Source: Phoronis australis
Lineage: Eukaryota; Animalia; Phoronida
NCBI GenBank assembly: GCA_002633005.1
Contig: NMRA01000013.1
Coordinates: 892,852 to 956,851, forward strand
DNA length: 64,000 bases
Direction of reading: 5' to 3'
The notes beneath the pieces are model-generated. The model was not told where the DNA came from, did not search any database, and saw nothing but the letters and a program-made list of their open reading frames with translations. How positions within the stretch are numbered: the first letter of the stretch is position 1; each line of letters starts with the position of its first letter. Positions 12,076-24,384 of this stretch are shown in pieces. The translations under genes and the position numbers were made by a program.

Positions 12076-13283
12076 TTCAACCCCCAACCCTTACAATAAT
12101 CTGATAATAGACGGAGCTGCTGCTGCAGTATGCTGTTGTCTATGCGTTATGCCTGCACAATTTGCTAAACTGTCAGCGTACAATCATTTCATTACATTAC
12201 AAAACTCTTCGGAAAAGTATACATCCTGGCAATTACTGCCACAATACAGTTTAATTAATTAATTAGAATACGTTGTAAACAACAATGGGATAAGCGTGCT
12301 ACCTTGTTAGTTACCAAGTGAACACTTGAACACATCAGTCGAACCTGATCTCGTGTTCGAACACAAAAATTTGAATTTTTATACATAGAAAATACCACCT
12401 TCATTAACAAACGACACCACAAAAGATGATTATGGGGGAAATGTCAGAAGCTGAAAATATGAAAAACTGAAAAAAAATCGACGAAAACGCAGTAGAATCG
12501 TTCACCCTCTCTAGAAATGTATTTCTCCGTCATTGATTTGAGAACAGATATTTGGTCAACCGTCGATCTTTTTTGACGATACCCGCATTGTTCCTCAAAT
12601 AACTTTCAATTGTTGTGAGCCCATCGTGTAAGTTTGTAAACATCTTGCCGGTGACACTCAGTATAGAATTGCCTTTGTAATTATTTACGTCGGCGATTGA
12701 ACCTTTTTACGGAGCGGCATAATAATACCATTGCACCATTACTGAGGGTAATAGCCGGTGTTGAGGTAATTTTTGCGTAAAGTAGCAGAGTATTTAAAGC
12801 GTATTTTCAAATGCACTTAAAAGAGGTAACTGAAACACGCCGACCTTGAGTTCAACAAATGTTTGGCAGAAAATGGAGACAATTGCCGTTTGATGATAAA
12901 ATCACAAAAGCTAAACGGACGTTGTGTGTAAAAATTAACTTCAAGAAGCCCATCACATCCAAAAAGATTCCCAAATATTGCGTTTTTCGGCAACCAAATG
13001 AAACAATGACAACAAAACTTGCAGGCGATGCCAGAGCAGGTAAGAATATGCCGATATAACGAGAGACGAAAAAAGAACAGAGGAAAGAAGCATCAAATAT
13101 CAACCGATCTTCGGGAACGTAAGGCCGAACTTCGGGAACACTAGCGTAGCGAGTTTTTTTCCGCCCGCCGGTTACAGAACCAAATGCACTCCTTGGTATG
13201 TCTTTACCAGAGAAAAACAAGATTATTTGAATCGTACGTACTGACTTCTATATATGAACTAAGATTTTTGTTATAAAACAAAA

Positions 13284-14270
13284 TTAACAAAGAATAATGT
13301 CTACACGTATTTTACGAGCCTTTTCCTCTGCGAATTTATCAATAATGTCTTGAAAATAAATAGGGTCAAATGCTTCTTTCTCAACCAATGTAATGACAAA
13401 ACTTTTAACTGTCTTTAATTTGCTGAAAGACCGTTTGAAAATTGCTCCAGAGACAGACTTGGTTAGCAATATCTGCAACACCGTTTTCAGGACTGGAAAC
13501 AAATCCTTTCCATATTGTATAGTGGTCTTCATAAGCTCTTCTGATGTTGACTGACGAATTTCTGTGTGCTGTCTTTCCTTGAAAAGCAATCGGCAGTTGG
13601 CAATTTCTCCATGAAATAAGTTGCCCATCAAATGCGGCACCAAACTTGGCACAACGTACAGTACATTGAGTTCTGTGCTGCCAAACATTAGTGATTGGAC
13701 GCCCAATGGAAAGCCGAAACGGGAGTTCAGTGTTTGAATCCAATTACTGCGTCATTGAAGTTCAGTTGTCAAAGTGTTAACCACAAAAAGTTTTCACCTC
13801 TCTGATGATTTCATATGCAATGGATAGTCCCATCTGACGCGTCCCCACCGGGCATGTTTTGCTTTCGCCTCACACGTCACCCTGTTGTATCTGCCAATAT
13901 ATTCTTCCGCCACTCGCAGCCGGTCTTGAAGACAATTTTCACGAACACCATCTCGTTCGCCAATGAAGAGTTGGTGCATTGAGTAAGCAGCTGATTCTCG
14001 GAGATTTACGTTTGGTGATTACAACCGTTTTTGAACAACGTTGATATGCTGCAGTATTTGGCTCCAGAAGAACACAAATCACACAATATCAAACGCGTGA
14101 TGGCATTTCAACAACTTACCGGCTTTAGCCCTTGCGTCCCGAGCTTACTGAAACTCGTTGTTATTTATGGGCTGACGAAGGGTCTCCAAATGAAGTCACA
14201 ACGGACTTCACAGCTGCTTCTCTCGCACTCTACCGCGTGTCCTGTTCTGTGTTTACTGTCAAAGTTTTTC
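13284..14270 (-). pseudogene. hAT-superfamily transposase pseudogene (C-terminal half, ZMYM1/THAP12-like)
   Basis: Minus-strand motifs occur in order: DTR*SAREAAVK (TRWSAR), AKAGKLL..FDIV*FVFFWSQILQHINVVQKRL*SPNVNL, RRKQNMPG, then the dimerization domain LFPVLKTVLQILLTKSVS..KRSFSKLKTVKS and DIIDKFAEEKARK. There are multiple stops and frameshifts. Confidence 0.85.
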
Positions 14271-15789
14271 AGAATAAATAGCTGAGGGACATGGCGGTGG
14301 AGGAATGAGATAGGTATCACCAGGCTAGGGGAGCGTCGTATAAGTAGTTGTAGTTGGATGGGAGAATTAAAAGGCTGGAGCTTTAGGGACGAGATCCGTT
14401 TTCATTTAGTGCTGGGTTCGCAATTAATTTATGTTTAGAAAATACATTTCCCTTTAAAAACAAAGTCAAATCAACGTTGCAACGAATTCCAACATTCTAA
14501 AATTCATCAAGTATGTTCTTTTTGGATTGTCGAAACCACAAGTGTCAGTTCTTATCTAATTTTTATATAACAGCAACCCTGATTTTTTATCGAAATTTTA
14601 GGGTTTATTTTGATTTTGTTGAATTAAAAAATTCACAATTTACCGAGCAACATAAAAGTCGTGTTATGCGAATTGTCTGTCCGCTTTCTTAAAGGAGAAA
14701 ACAGACGTGAAAACTTCCTTCACGAAGAACCATAACGAGGCTCTCGTGCTTTTAGCTCAGGTGTTTGGTGCAATGGGCGCAACCACGAGGCCTGCGCGCG
14801 TCTGATGCACCGCAAATGACGTCAGGCCACCTGCAGTGTTTTTGTATGCGAATTGTTAAAACGTTCTTAACAAAGGAGGTATCTGAATGTTGGCAGTATA
14901 CTTTCGTTCAATTAAGTGGTGTTAAACACACCATCTGCAGCTCGGATTCAAACACTGAGCTATGGAAATCTACAAGCTCTGCAAGTTTGTAGTTTTTCAC
15001 ATTTTTACGGCAATACTTTTTCGCGCCACTTGTTTATGGTTTATCTCCTCTGTCAGTGACGGATGTTCCGATCGACGATCCAAGATTAAAGGTATATTAT
15101 AGGTATTTTTGTTCGGTTTCGCGATGAACATCGGGTAGCTGTAACATCGTGTGCCCATGCCAAGAGCGTGAGTTGTTTCGACTGTATGGAAGGATTATGG
15201 GAAAGTTCTAATCCTAAGAAGCTAATTGCTGAAATAAACGGCATGAAAAATCCGGAATTGAGCCTTTATAACCATCTTGTCTAAGTTTAATGATTTGTTT
15301 GGAAAACAAAGTACTTAGAAATTAAACCTTCATGAAAGATTTCTCAGTAAATGTGTTGTTAAATTAATTGGCGACATTTTCAATTTGCAGAAAAGTCAAA
15401 TTAAAAAAAATCCATGGTTACTGTTGAAACACAGGGACTTTTTACTTTTACAAGATATATAGTTTGTAATATCAAAAACACCAAAAAAAAAAAAAAAAAA
15501 AATTCATCCCAAGGAAGTGGTCACAGAATTCAGTTGTTTATTTGCCTCCTGTAGATCACGGCGTAAGGTAAATACTCACAAGTTTCATTTCCTGTCAACT
15601 GACGTACGTACTACCTCGAGATAATGCTGTTTTTTTCAATGGCGTTCGTAAGAGTTCTTCATATTGAAAAGTGGCGGTGAGTGGTGAAGGAAATACATAT
15701 TTTAAGAACGACTTGTGTAATGGGATACTTGTGTATGGTGAAGGAGGAAGGCCGGTAACTCGTAACCATTGGAAAACTGAATGGTTCAA

Positions 15790-15867
15790 TTTTCCACCAA
15801 TAGACGGCCCTAGCGCATAGTGCGCCATCTCTCGCCAACTAACAAAGCTTGTAACAGTGCAAGAAAC
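15790..15867 (+). promoter_or_regulatory. Putative core promoter/5'UTR of the signal-peptide gene
   Basis: CCAAT (15797) and YY1-like GCGCCATCT (15822-15830) lie in a locally CpG-retaining stretch just upstream of the ATG exon. Confidence 0.35.
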
Positions 15868-15950
15868 ATGGGAGTTCGATGTTGGGTGTGTGTTTATGTT
15901 CTCCTCATTTTACCTGGGCATTTACACACCTTGAAGTTCGAGTTTAGCAG
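15868..15950 (+). CDS. First coding exon with signal peptide (MGVRCWVCVYVLLILPGHLHTLKFEFS|), probably exon 1 of an alpha2/delta-like gene
   Basis: Kozak AACATGG, a hydrophobic signal-like peptide and a strong donor CAG|GTAAGC at 15951. The exon is 83 nt and ends in phase 2. Confidence 0.65.
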
Positions 15951-16846
15951 GTAAGCCTCTAAGCTGATTGCATGTGATGTAAAGAAGTAAATTTGAGCTT
16001 TTAACCAAGTCGATTTAATTAAATTAACGTTTCTTTTACCCGTAACCTAATCCTCAAAGTTTTGCAAGTTTGACAACCATGACCATGTCGGAGCTAAAGT
16101 TAACGATTTGGGCACAGTGATTGTCTTCTAGACTTTATGTTGTAGTTGCGTAGTCTATCATATGTAGCACCAAAGTAGCGAGGGTCGATCTATGACCACG
16201 AACTGTTTGTAGTGTTGCTCACTGCACCAAATTCGAAGCAATGCGAATGGACTCATGCTCCCCGACTAGCCTGGCTAGCTGTATTCAACTTCAAGACTAA
16301 GGTCAAGATGCTAATGGCAAAAGTGGAGTAAAGGGGTCCCTCTTGAAAATGACTGTTGAGAACCAGTTTTCACTAAATAACAGTAATATCCGTTATTCAG
16401 TGAAACTGGTTATTTGGTCAGTTTTTTTAACCCACATCGGCCCAATGTTGTATAGTTTACAGAGCTCTCTGCTCCAAGCATACAAACAGAAACCAGACAT
16501 GGGAGAACAATGACACAATGTGTGTCATGAGTTTTTGTTTGAGAACTGTTAGTGACTGTTTACTGACCGTTTAGTGGCAGACCTGTTTTGATTTCGCCCC
16601 ATTCTTTACATTGGTGACCACTTGTTTAGCAGCATTACAGGAAGAAAATTGCACCATTCGTTGTTTAATCACCGTATGCACAAATATTTATTTTGTAACT
16701 AAACATGAGCAACAAACTCCACAGACACTCTCCATGATTGAATCAGAAATGGGAAGTTGTGCTTTTGTCAGCGACTCGTCCATTTATGTTAAAGCTCTGT
16801 AAGTCCGCTTTTCGTCTAAAAAGTAAATTTGAATTTGAGCACTTAT

Positions 16847-17009
16847 TGGTGGCGGATTTAGAGGGGGCAGGGGGCAAGAGTTTCATGGCCCCTCCTAAAA
16901 TTCTCCCAGTTCCCATTTGGCAGTTGGGGGTGCAAATGTCTGACGGGCAAAATCCTGGCTAGTACTCTGCCCTGGCCCCCTCTAACTCAAAATACTGGAT
17001 CCGCCCCTG
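16847..17009 (+). mobile_element. ~160-bp MITE (CAGGGGCGGATCC-type termini) with 5-bp TSD
   Basis: Termini TGGTGGCGGATTTAG / CTGGATCCGCCCCTG with TSD CTTAT on both sides. A homolog lies at 50437-50582. Confidence 0.8.
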
Positions 17010-17084
17010 CTTATTATAATTATAATTATATATGATTTCTGGTTTTGAAAAGAACTGTCAGTTTGTTACTCCTTGACACACTAT

Positions 17085-17215
17085 GACAAGCCAACTTGTC
17101 GACCTTGTTCTCAATTGCAACGAACTTTCAATTCTCTTGAAGCCCGGAAATCACCTTCAATTTGACTAAGTAAGAAACAACTTGAGACCAATTTCATAGT
17201 GGTAAGTGGCCTTTA
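17085..17215. repeat. Partial copy of the foldback MITE at 62855-63110
   Basis: Shares GAAATCACCT..GAGACCAATTTC.TA.TGGTAAG.GG with 63048-63110. Confidence 0.55.
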
Positions 17216-17581
17216 ATCCAAAGTCCATTTTTGTTGTGGAAGGCAGGTTTGTAGCCACCTTAAATATTTTGTAGCAGTAGCAGCAATGGTGAGCTCAATC
17301 ATACAATCGTTAATAAGGAATCAATACAGCAACAGTCAAACAGTGTCTAACCACACAGCTCCATTAAATAAATCTTCTCTTGAAGTGTAATTCACAGCCA
17401 AGTGCAAAGCTACTGAGTAGCTTCGATAATATCCGATGAGACAGGCATTCTATCACAGACACTCACTGGTCTTAAATTGGTCTGCTGTAGGAAACTATAG
17501 GCAACAAAGATATTGTTTTAGAAGAAAGGGTTTTATCTAGGCTGCATCTCTTGGTTGGTTTTATGGTTCTTACCTCCCATG

Positions 17582-17856
17582 CATGCGTGCACCCAGCCTA
17601 AAATATAGGGGGGGGGCTCGAATTTTTTGGTATGCGGACCTTTTACTGAAAAAAATCAACAAGGACTAAAAAAAAACGTGCGTCCAGGTTCAGGCCTACG
17701 AATTGTGCATCCACGCAGAATTCCTGTGGACTTTGTGGACTTTGTGTCTCTTTTACTCAGACTTTTTGTTTCGCTGAGGCAGACCTTTCTTGCCCAATTC
17801 GCCAAATTTGGGGGCTCATTTGAGCTCTCCCTGAGACCCTCCTGAGTGCGCCCATG
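17582..17856 (-). mobile_element. MITE, inverted copy of 11470-11755, 5-bp TSD
   Basis: Termini CATGCGTGCACCC / GAGTGCGCCCATG with TSD CCATG at 17577-17581 and 17857-17861. Confidence 0.85.
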
Positions 17857-20349
17857 CCATGTTAGGTCTAGTGAACCTGAGTTTGGGATTAAAAAGTGTT
17901 TAGTTTTAAAAAAGCTTGTGTGATATGTGGTGACAGTGGTGTGTCCGGCAATAATCACTTACGGAGGTACTTGGAGGTTGAGAACCAGTTTGACGCCTGT
18001 TCTTCAATGGATAAAACTGGTTCTCTTGAAGCGTTGTACCCCTGTATGTGACTATTACCGTTGTGTCATAATTTTGTTGTGTTAATCTTGTTGTAAATTA
18101 ACGTTTTGTCTTTGAAGATGTGGATTCATGGACTGCTGTCAGTCGAGTGCTAAATAAAAGACAAAAACCATATTTTGTTCTGTTCTGTGCCGTGACTCAT
18201 TTTGAAACCTGCGGCTCTGTTGCTTAATAGAGAAAAAGGACCTACCAACATCACTTTTACTAAAGTTCTTGATAATTTTTTTTTCAAAAGCTACACAAAC
18301 ATATTAAGTTCGAAAGTTTTAATGAAGTGACTGAACTTAGTCAGAATCACCGCCTTAATTACCTTTGACATGCTGTCAGTCAAGTTCATGCTCATTGAGG
18401 AGAAAGCAGTTATTTTTGGTGTTGCTTCAAACTGCAAACTGTGATTCAGAATTTTAGACTGATTTTGAAGCAAATTGTTGGTCACCTAGATTCAACTAAT
18501 AATTGCGTGTAACATTACTGAAGTGATTTTTTGCTGTTTCGTGAAGCTTGTTTATATATACATTAATATTTTCACTTATGCAAATACAATAATGATTGGC
18601 ACAGACATGATTCAGGAAACTGACTACATTGTTTCGGGGAAGCTGAATGCCTATTAAAAGGACAGAGTCGTTTTTACGGCTGAAAAATGCAATTTTATGA
18701 TCATTGTTTAGTGTGACTTTTCAAGCTTTGACCAGAGCTACAGAACAATAAAATCCGTTGATTTTATTAGTTTATTACACATCGACAGTTGTCGCAGGTT
18801 GTGTGCCAGACATTTGCTGAAATCAGTGTCGGTCTCAGACTTAACCAGTTCAGTACGCCTAAAATACTCAGGCATATAGGCAGTGGAATTTACCGTAGCC
18901 AGCGGATTGTGTGGCAGACAACCCAAGAATTTAAGGCTCTATTCTGCACTGGTGCTGATCTCAGATCGGGCTAGAAAAATTGCTGGCCAAAACACCGTTT
19001 TGGTATTCTACCTGGGTTGTGAATGAGGGTGTGCAAGACAGCGGGCAATGGTGCCCCCTGGTTGAGACACTCCACTCTCAAGTCAAACCTGTATATATAT
19101 GTTTCCTTGTAATTTGATACCGATCACATTGTGGTCTATTTATAATTTTCCATGAACCAATCTTTTCCATTGATTGATAATCATGATCTCTCAGCTCAGC
19201 ATCTTGGTTAAAATTTTGTAGTGTCATCCATGTAGGTGAAATTGCCAGGTAGTTCCAGCAACTGGTTTAAAAATTTTGTTACAATAGGATTTTCACTTAT
19301 CGAGTTGATAATGGTACAGTGTTGTCGACTGGGCTGATGTGGATTTCAGTGTAGACTAGTACATGGACCGCCAACTCCGTATATTTTCAATGGAGGAAAT
19401 TGTGTGATCTTACGCCCAAGCTGTGTCGTCACTATTCATTAGCGACACATGGCAAAATTAGCTAGTTTTACTTGCAACTAGTACGCCGTCAGCTAATCAT
19501 GGTCAGTTGTGTGGTCAGGTTGCCAAAAGCACAATATCAACAGTTCTACTACAGGAAGACTTTGAACAGCATTTCAATGCTGAAATTTTTTTTTTCGTTG
19601 GTCAGTAAAATAGATGCACTGAGAATTTCCCGTCACAATACACTAACCAGAAACTGAAATTGATAATTTAGGAGAGTGGCGCCTCCTCTAGGATACTACG
19701 CCAGAAAATGTTTGAGTTGCGAATCTGTTGTCTATAATCTACAATGTCAGTACTAGTACCTTCCATTAACATGTGATTGTACACATGCCATTGCCAACTC
19801 TTCATAATAAAACTGATATTATATTAGCTGTGTTCATACCAAGTAAACCCAGTTGTAATGGCCACTATGGTTGTAACTCACTGCTATGGAATCCTTAGGA
19901 TTTGACAGTTAAAACTGTTGTGACATTAGTTTGATGTGGTTTCACCTGCTAGTTGTCAGTCCTATCACTATAAATCGGATTCGCCCCAGATTCGCCCCAG
20001 TTACCCTGTCGTAGGGTTATAACTGTGCTACAGTTTCAACTTTAAAACAAGCTTAAGTGTTCAGATCGAGAGTTATAACCCTTAAATTAGTTTTAAAGTT
20101 ATTACTGTGTAAACCGTATATGTGTATTTTCATAAAATGTGGAAAGATACTGGCTTCTTATGCAAGGCTTAGAGCTTTTCAAATTGGAGACTTTTGGATA
20201 ACATGGCAAGAGTTCTGTGACTCGGGGGGGGGGGGGNCATGCTTGAGATTTCTAAACATGGCATATTATTTTTCAAACACGGCGCGAGATTTCCAGTCGT
20301 CGTATACATGTTTTGAAAACAGAGCTCAATATTTCTAAAAACGTCCGAG

Positions 20350-21356
20350 CAGGCCTTCATGCAGCGTACGTCCTGGGCGTCCATTTGGACGCCCTAGCAC
20401 TAATGTAGACGCCCTGGCAAGGACGCCCAATGTATCATTTGGACGCCCTGTCAATCAGAGTTTCTCCAGTTTGGACACCCACATTGAAAGATTACTAAGA
20501 CTCCCAGTTAATCAAAGCGGGAAGTTGGTCCTTTCAACTGGGAAAGAAATATACAAAGTATTTAAAATGTTGCAATATTCAAACTATCTTCAAACTATTT
20601 GGTAGACCTGTCAATCATTAGCACGTGGTTGGTTGCCAGAGTGTCTGCTTTCAATAGACTCACATGCCACTGCCATTCTGTACTTTATATAGGGACATGG
20701 ACCTTGCTTAACTCCAAACTGGTGTTTCAGAGGTGTAATTTCATGTACTTCATCTTTTTTTAAAAATACCAAAAGCAAAATAAATGTCATTATTTTAATG
20801 ATATGATGTGCCGCAAGAATATCCCCATTTAAAATGTTTGAGTTTTCGCCTGTTTCATGCTTTTCTATGTGCGTCTAAAATGGAGCTGCAGTGACACCTG
20901 TTGTCAAAATATAAACCACACATCATCTGTGCATTTTTCTTTTGTTGGTAACTGCAGCTTTGATGACTCATTGTACAGAATATAAAGCTAGTGAAGTTGA
21001 TATAATAAACTTTATAACAGAATTTGACTTGAGATGACCAAAAACAGTGCACTCATCGTTCAACCAATATCTGTAATATCTGTAATACCCGTTTGGTAAG
21101 CTGTTTGGCTGTTTTCGTAAATTTAAACATAAAAGTCTTGATCAACAGTTTTTTAGTACTTAAAAAAGCCCAATACAAGGGAGCTGTTTTTGTAAACTTA
21201 GGTGTAAAAGCCTTGTTCAACGCATTTTTTAATTGTAAAAAACCTCACTGTGTGTGTTGGGGAGGGGGGTAATGCCGCGTTGGAATCATGGACGCCCTGG
21301 AATATTGGGAACCCCATTTTGGACACCCTATGTTAGAAATCCTAGATGAAGCCCTG
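20350..21356 (+). mobile_element. Non-autonomous hAT element with 8-bp TSD
   Basis: TIRs CAGGCCTTCATGCAG / CTAGATGAAGCCCTG, a perfect TSD CGTCCGAG, and subterminal GGACGCCC repeats. A homolog lies at 46242-46713. Confidence 0.9.
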
Positions 21357-21820
21357 CGTCCGAGGCCTTTTCAAACTGATTATTAACTACTAAGGGAAGA
21401 CCAATTTGAAATGAATGCAAGAAAAATACTGTCCATTCTCCTCACTGCATTTAACATAACCTCATGAAGAGGAAAGAAACATAAGTTTCCCAAGCATCAA
21501 TCCCATACTGCTGACAAGTCTGAAGCTTTGGGAAAGAAACAAAGATGCCCTGAAAGCAAAACGATAGGTCTGAGGTGAGAGCTTCAGCTGAATTACCTTC
21601 TGCTTATTAATACATAGCTCTTGTCTGGGTAATTTTGCACTGCACAGATACTGGCCAAGGTCATCATTCAGATGTCTGTGCTGTTAATAGCATGATGCTC
21701 AATGCCTTTTTATTGGAAGTTGTTATTGGTTTTTCCAGTGCTTATTGAGTGTGACAGTAATTGAAAGATGATTAAATTCATGTAGTCGTAATTTAAATGG
21801 TCAACATTGCAGCAACTTAA

Positions 21821-24243
21821 GGCCCTTTCATACTAACGTCAATGTGCTGATGTTTGGGGAGTTGCCGTCAGTATGAACGGTTAACTTCGATCCTGAATGA
21901 CGCCAGTTAATTTCGCAGTAAACAGGTGGATGTGTTAGTGGAGTGTCGATGGTGCGTTGCAGTGTGAGCAGTCAACTTTGGTCCCATCGGAGTTATCACC
22001 AAGTGGCACTGTTATCGCTAATTTTCCTGTTATTTTGGACAAAAATAATTGCCAAAATTGTTGTTTTTTCATTTTAGTGATAGACACATTTTTCTGTCGC
22101 TTTATCTATGTGGAGAATTTTGATGAAATAGAATTTCACTTGTTGGTCATATTTTGCGGCAGTAGCTAAACATTGGCATATTTGCAGATGAGTAGTATGT
22201 CAGGTGAGAATAACTCCACTGATTCACAGTCTCTAAATTTACCAATAATTGATGATTGGATTGAAACCATTAACAAGGATGTGGTCATCAGATTGTGAAA
22301 TGTAATAAAAAGCACATTCATGAGTCACGTTTTGTACCTCACGCTCTTCAGTGGTTATCACTGCTAATCACAGTAAATTCTCTCCCATATACAACACAAT
22401 GTGGCTTGCAAGGGAAATTTTATTTCTTCTTTAATAGTTTTTGTAAATGATACATAGCACCGAATTGATGCTTATCATTTTTAAGCTCTTGCTTTAGCTA
22501 CTGTCAAACATGATTTTGAGAAATGTGGACATTCACAACAATGTAAGAAACACTTGAGAATCAAAAAGGAATAATTTTGGCAACTGTCTTTTGTTCAAAA
22601 TTGATGATATTTTACGATACATGGATAATTTTAGGAGCGCACTCCGCATCATTGGTGCAAAAATAATTTCATTGGCGCTCTGTGATTGCTTAACTCTGGC
22701 CAATGAGCCCATTAAAAATGGAAGCAAAAAAGAACAAAAAACTAAATAGGTCTCAAGACAGTCTTCCAAATTTTTGCCTTAGACTTGGGGCTGTATGGGT
22801 CACCCATATCCACCATTTTCTAAAATGCTCTGTTGTAGAATTAGTTTGTTGTAGCAAAACTGGCCAGAGATTAGAAATGACTTCCTTCAGCTGTAACCAT
22901 GTAATTTTCCACTCAAAACTAGAAGTGTTTAGTTTAAAATGGCTAGATTTAAAACATTGTATCTCAGAAATGGCCGAATGAATTCGCAATTATAAAACTT
23001 TCAGGTATCAAGTTTTATATGCTGTTTTGTTCTTCAAAGTGCTGTCAGAAATCGTTTTTAAGTTGTTCAACTTTTGCATGAAGGAGTATAAAATAGGACT
23101 TTTATGATATTCGTGAATAACTAAAGCACTATAAAATGAAAATGAAATTGTAATTTAAAAAACAGTGACAGCGTCTTTGAGATTTCATCTTGAACATTTA
23201 TATCAAAAGAAATCTGATCATGTTATTGATACCAGTGTTTTGCAGCGATCAATGTGCCTTTCTTTTTCCATTAAAATTGCTCTTAAAGGACATGGTCACA
23301 TGACACAAGCAATGCCAGATTGGCAAAAAAGTTAATAACAAATTCTACAGGCTTTCTACTTTCAGACAATATGTACTTTTACCAAGTTAAAATCTGTAGT
23401 TTTATAGATACTAATCACTAAGATTTGTCAACTAAGTCCTTAACAGGAGGCTGTATGTAAACTGAATGACACTTTTGGAGGTCAAACCAATATGATTTAA
23501 AGGTGTAATAGGGAAAGCCCTCATCACCGTGTGGAATCCAGCTTATAAAATATTGTCATCAATATGATGCAGGTGAATAAATAGCCAGCTTATAAACACA
23601 TCTTGTGTCTGATCAGGCATGAGCTCTTCACAAATTGGTCATTTCAACTTTAATACGTCATCAAGAGATGATGCATGTGAGATCTCACATTTCCTTGCCA
23701 ATGCATACCTTCTTAGTCATTCAAAAGGATACAAACCCTGGTAATTTAGTCTTTCCTACTTTCGATCGTTAGGAGAGTTGTGTCCAGTATGAAAGGTTAA
23801 CTTCGGTCATTGATCAAAGTTAACAGCGTCGTTAACTTCACAGTAAACAGGTGGATTAAACAGCAGACCGTCGACGCTGATGTTCAGTATGAATGGTCAA
23901 CTTCGGTCCCATCGAAGTTATCGCCAGGGCCACTATTATCATCAACAATTAAAGGGCATTGTCTTTACTAATAGTTGCTTATATTTTGCCTGAATAATCA
24001 CCAATCGAATTAGAAATAAGTTTTTTATGCCAACTAGCTCATGTAAATGTTCCCAAATTGTCACATTAAAAAATCTTAGCGTGCACGCGATGCATCCGCG
24101 CTGCCTTACAATTACTTCGATGACGTCACATGCCGTTTATTTCAATGTGCGTTAACTACCGCAGCTGGTATCGCGGTTCAGTTAACTTCCCAGTTTGTGT
24201 TGACGCTCTGTTCACACCGGAGTTAAGTCAGTGTGAAAGGTCC
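21821..24243. mobile_element. Possible Harbinger-like non-autonomous element with internal duplication/nested insertions
   Basis: GGCCCTTTCATACTA at 21821 pairs with CAGTGTGAAAGGTCC ending at 24243, with flanks TAA/TGA. Segment 21868-22015 is repeated at 23785-23940. Confidence 0.45.
22940..23340 (+). repeat. Interspersed repeat, same family as 61454-61920 and 44487-44668
   Basis: Shared blocks TCTCAGAAATGGC.GA, CATCTTGAACATTTATATCAAA, CATGTTATTGATACCA and GACATGGTCAC. Confidence 0.65.
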
Positions 24244-24384
24244 TGATAATAATGACTTTTCCACCCAGCTCTCTAAGACGAAATAGCGTTCTGTGTCTGT
24301 TCATGAAGCCTCAAATATTAAGTGTCAAGTTTTGAAAACTCCGTACAGCATCTGCTAAAAGGGCAAGCATGACCTACGCTTTAA

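Noticed and set aside
14113-14120. Minus-strand splice donor GGTAAGT suggesting a host exon
   Set aside because: It falls in frame inside the hAT transposase relic (AKAGKLL), so it is likely coincidental.
15057-15091. Possible micro-exon TDVPIDDPRLK (cystatin-like look)
   Set aside because: It is too short, has a weak donor and has no supporting neighbouring exons.
22230-22298. IIDDWIETINKDVVIRL as the missing alpha2/delta exon 2
   Set aside because: The acceptor phase is wrong and there is an in-frame stop before a suitable donor.
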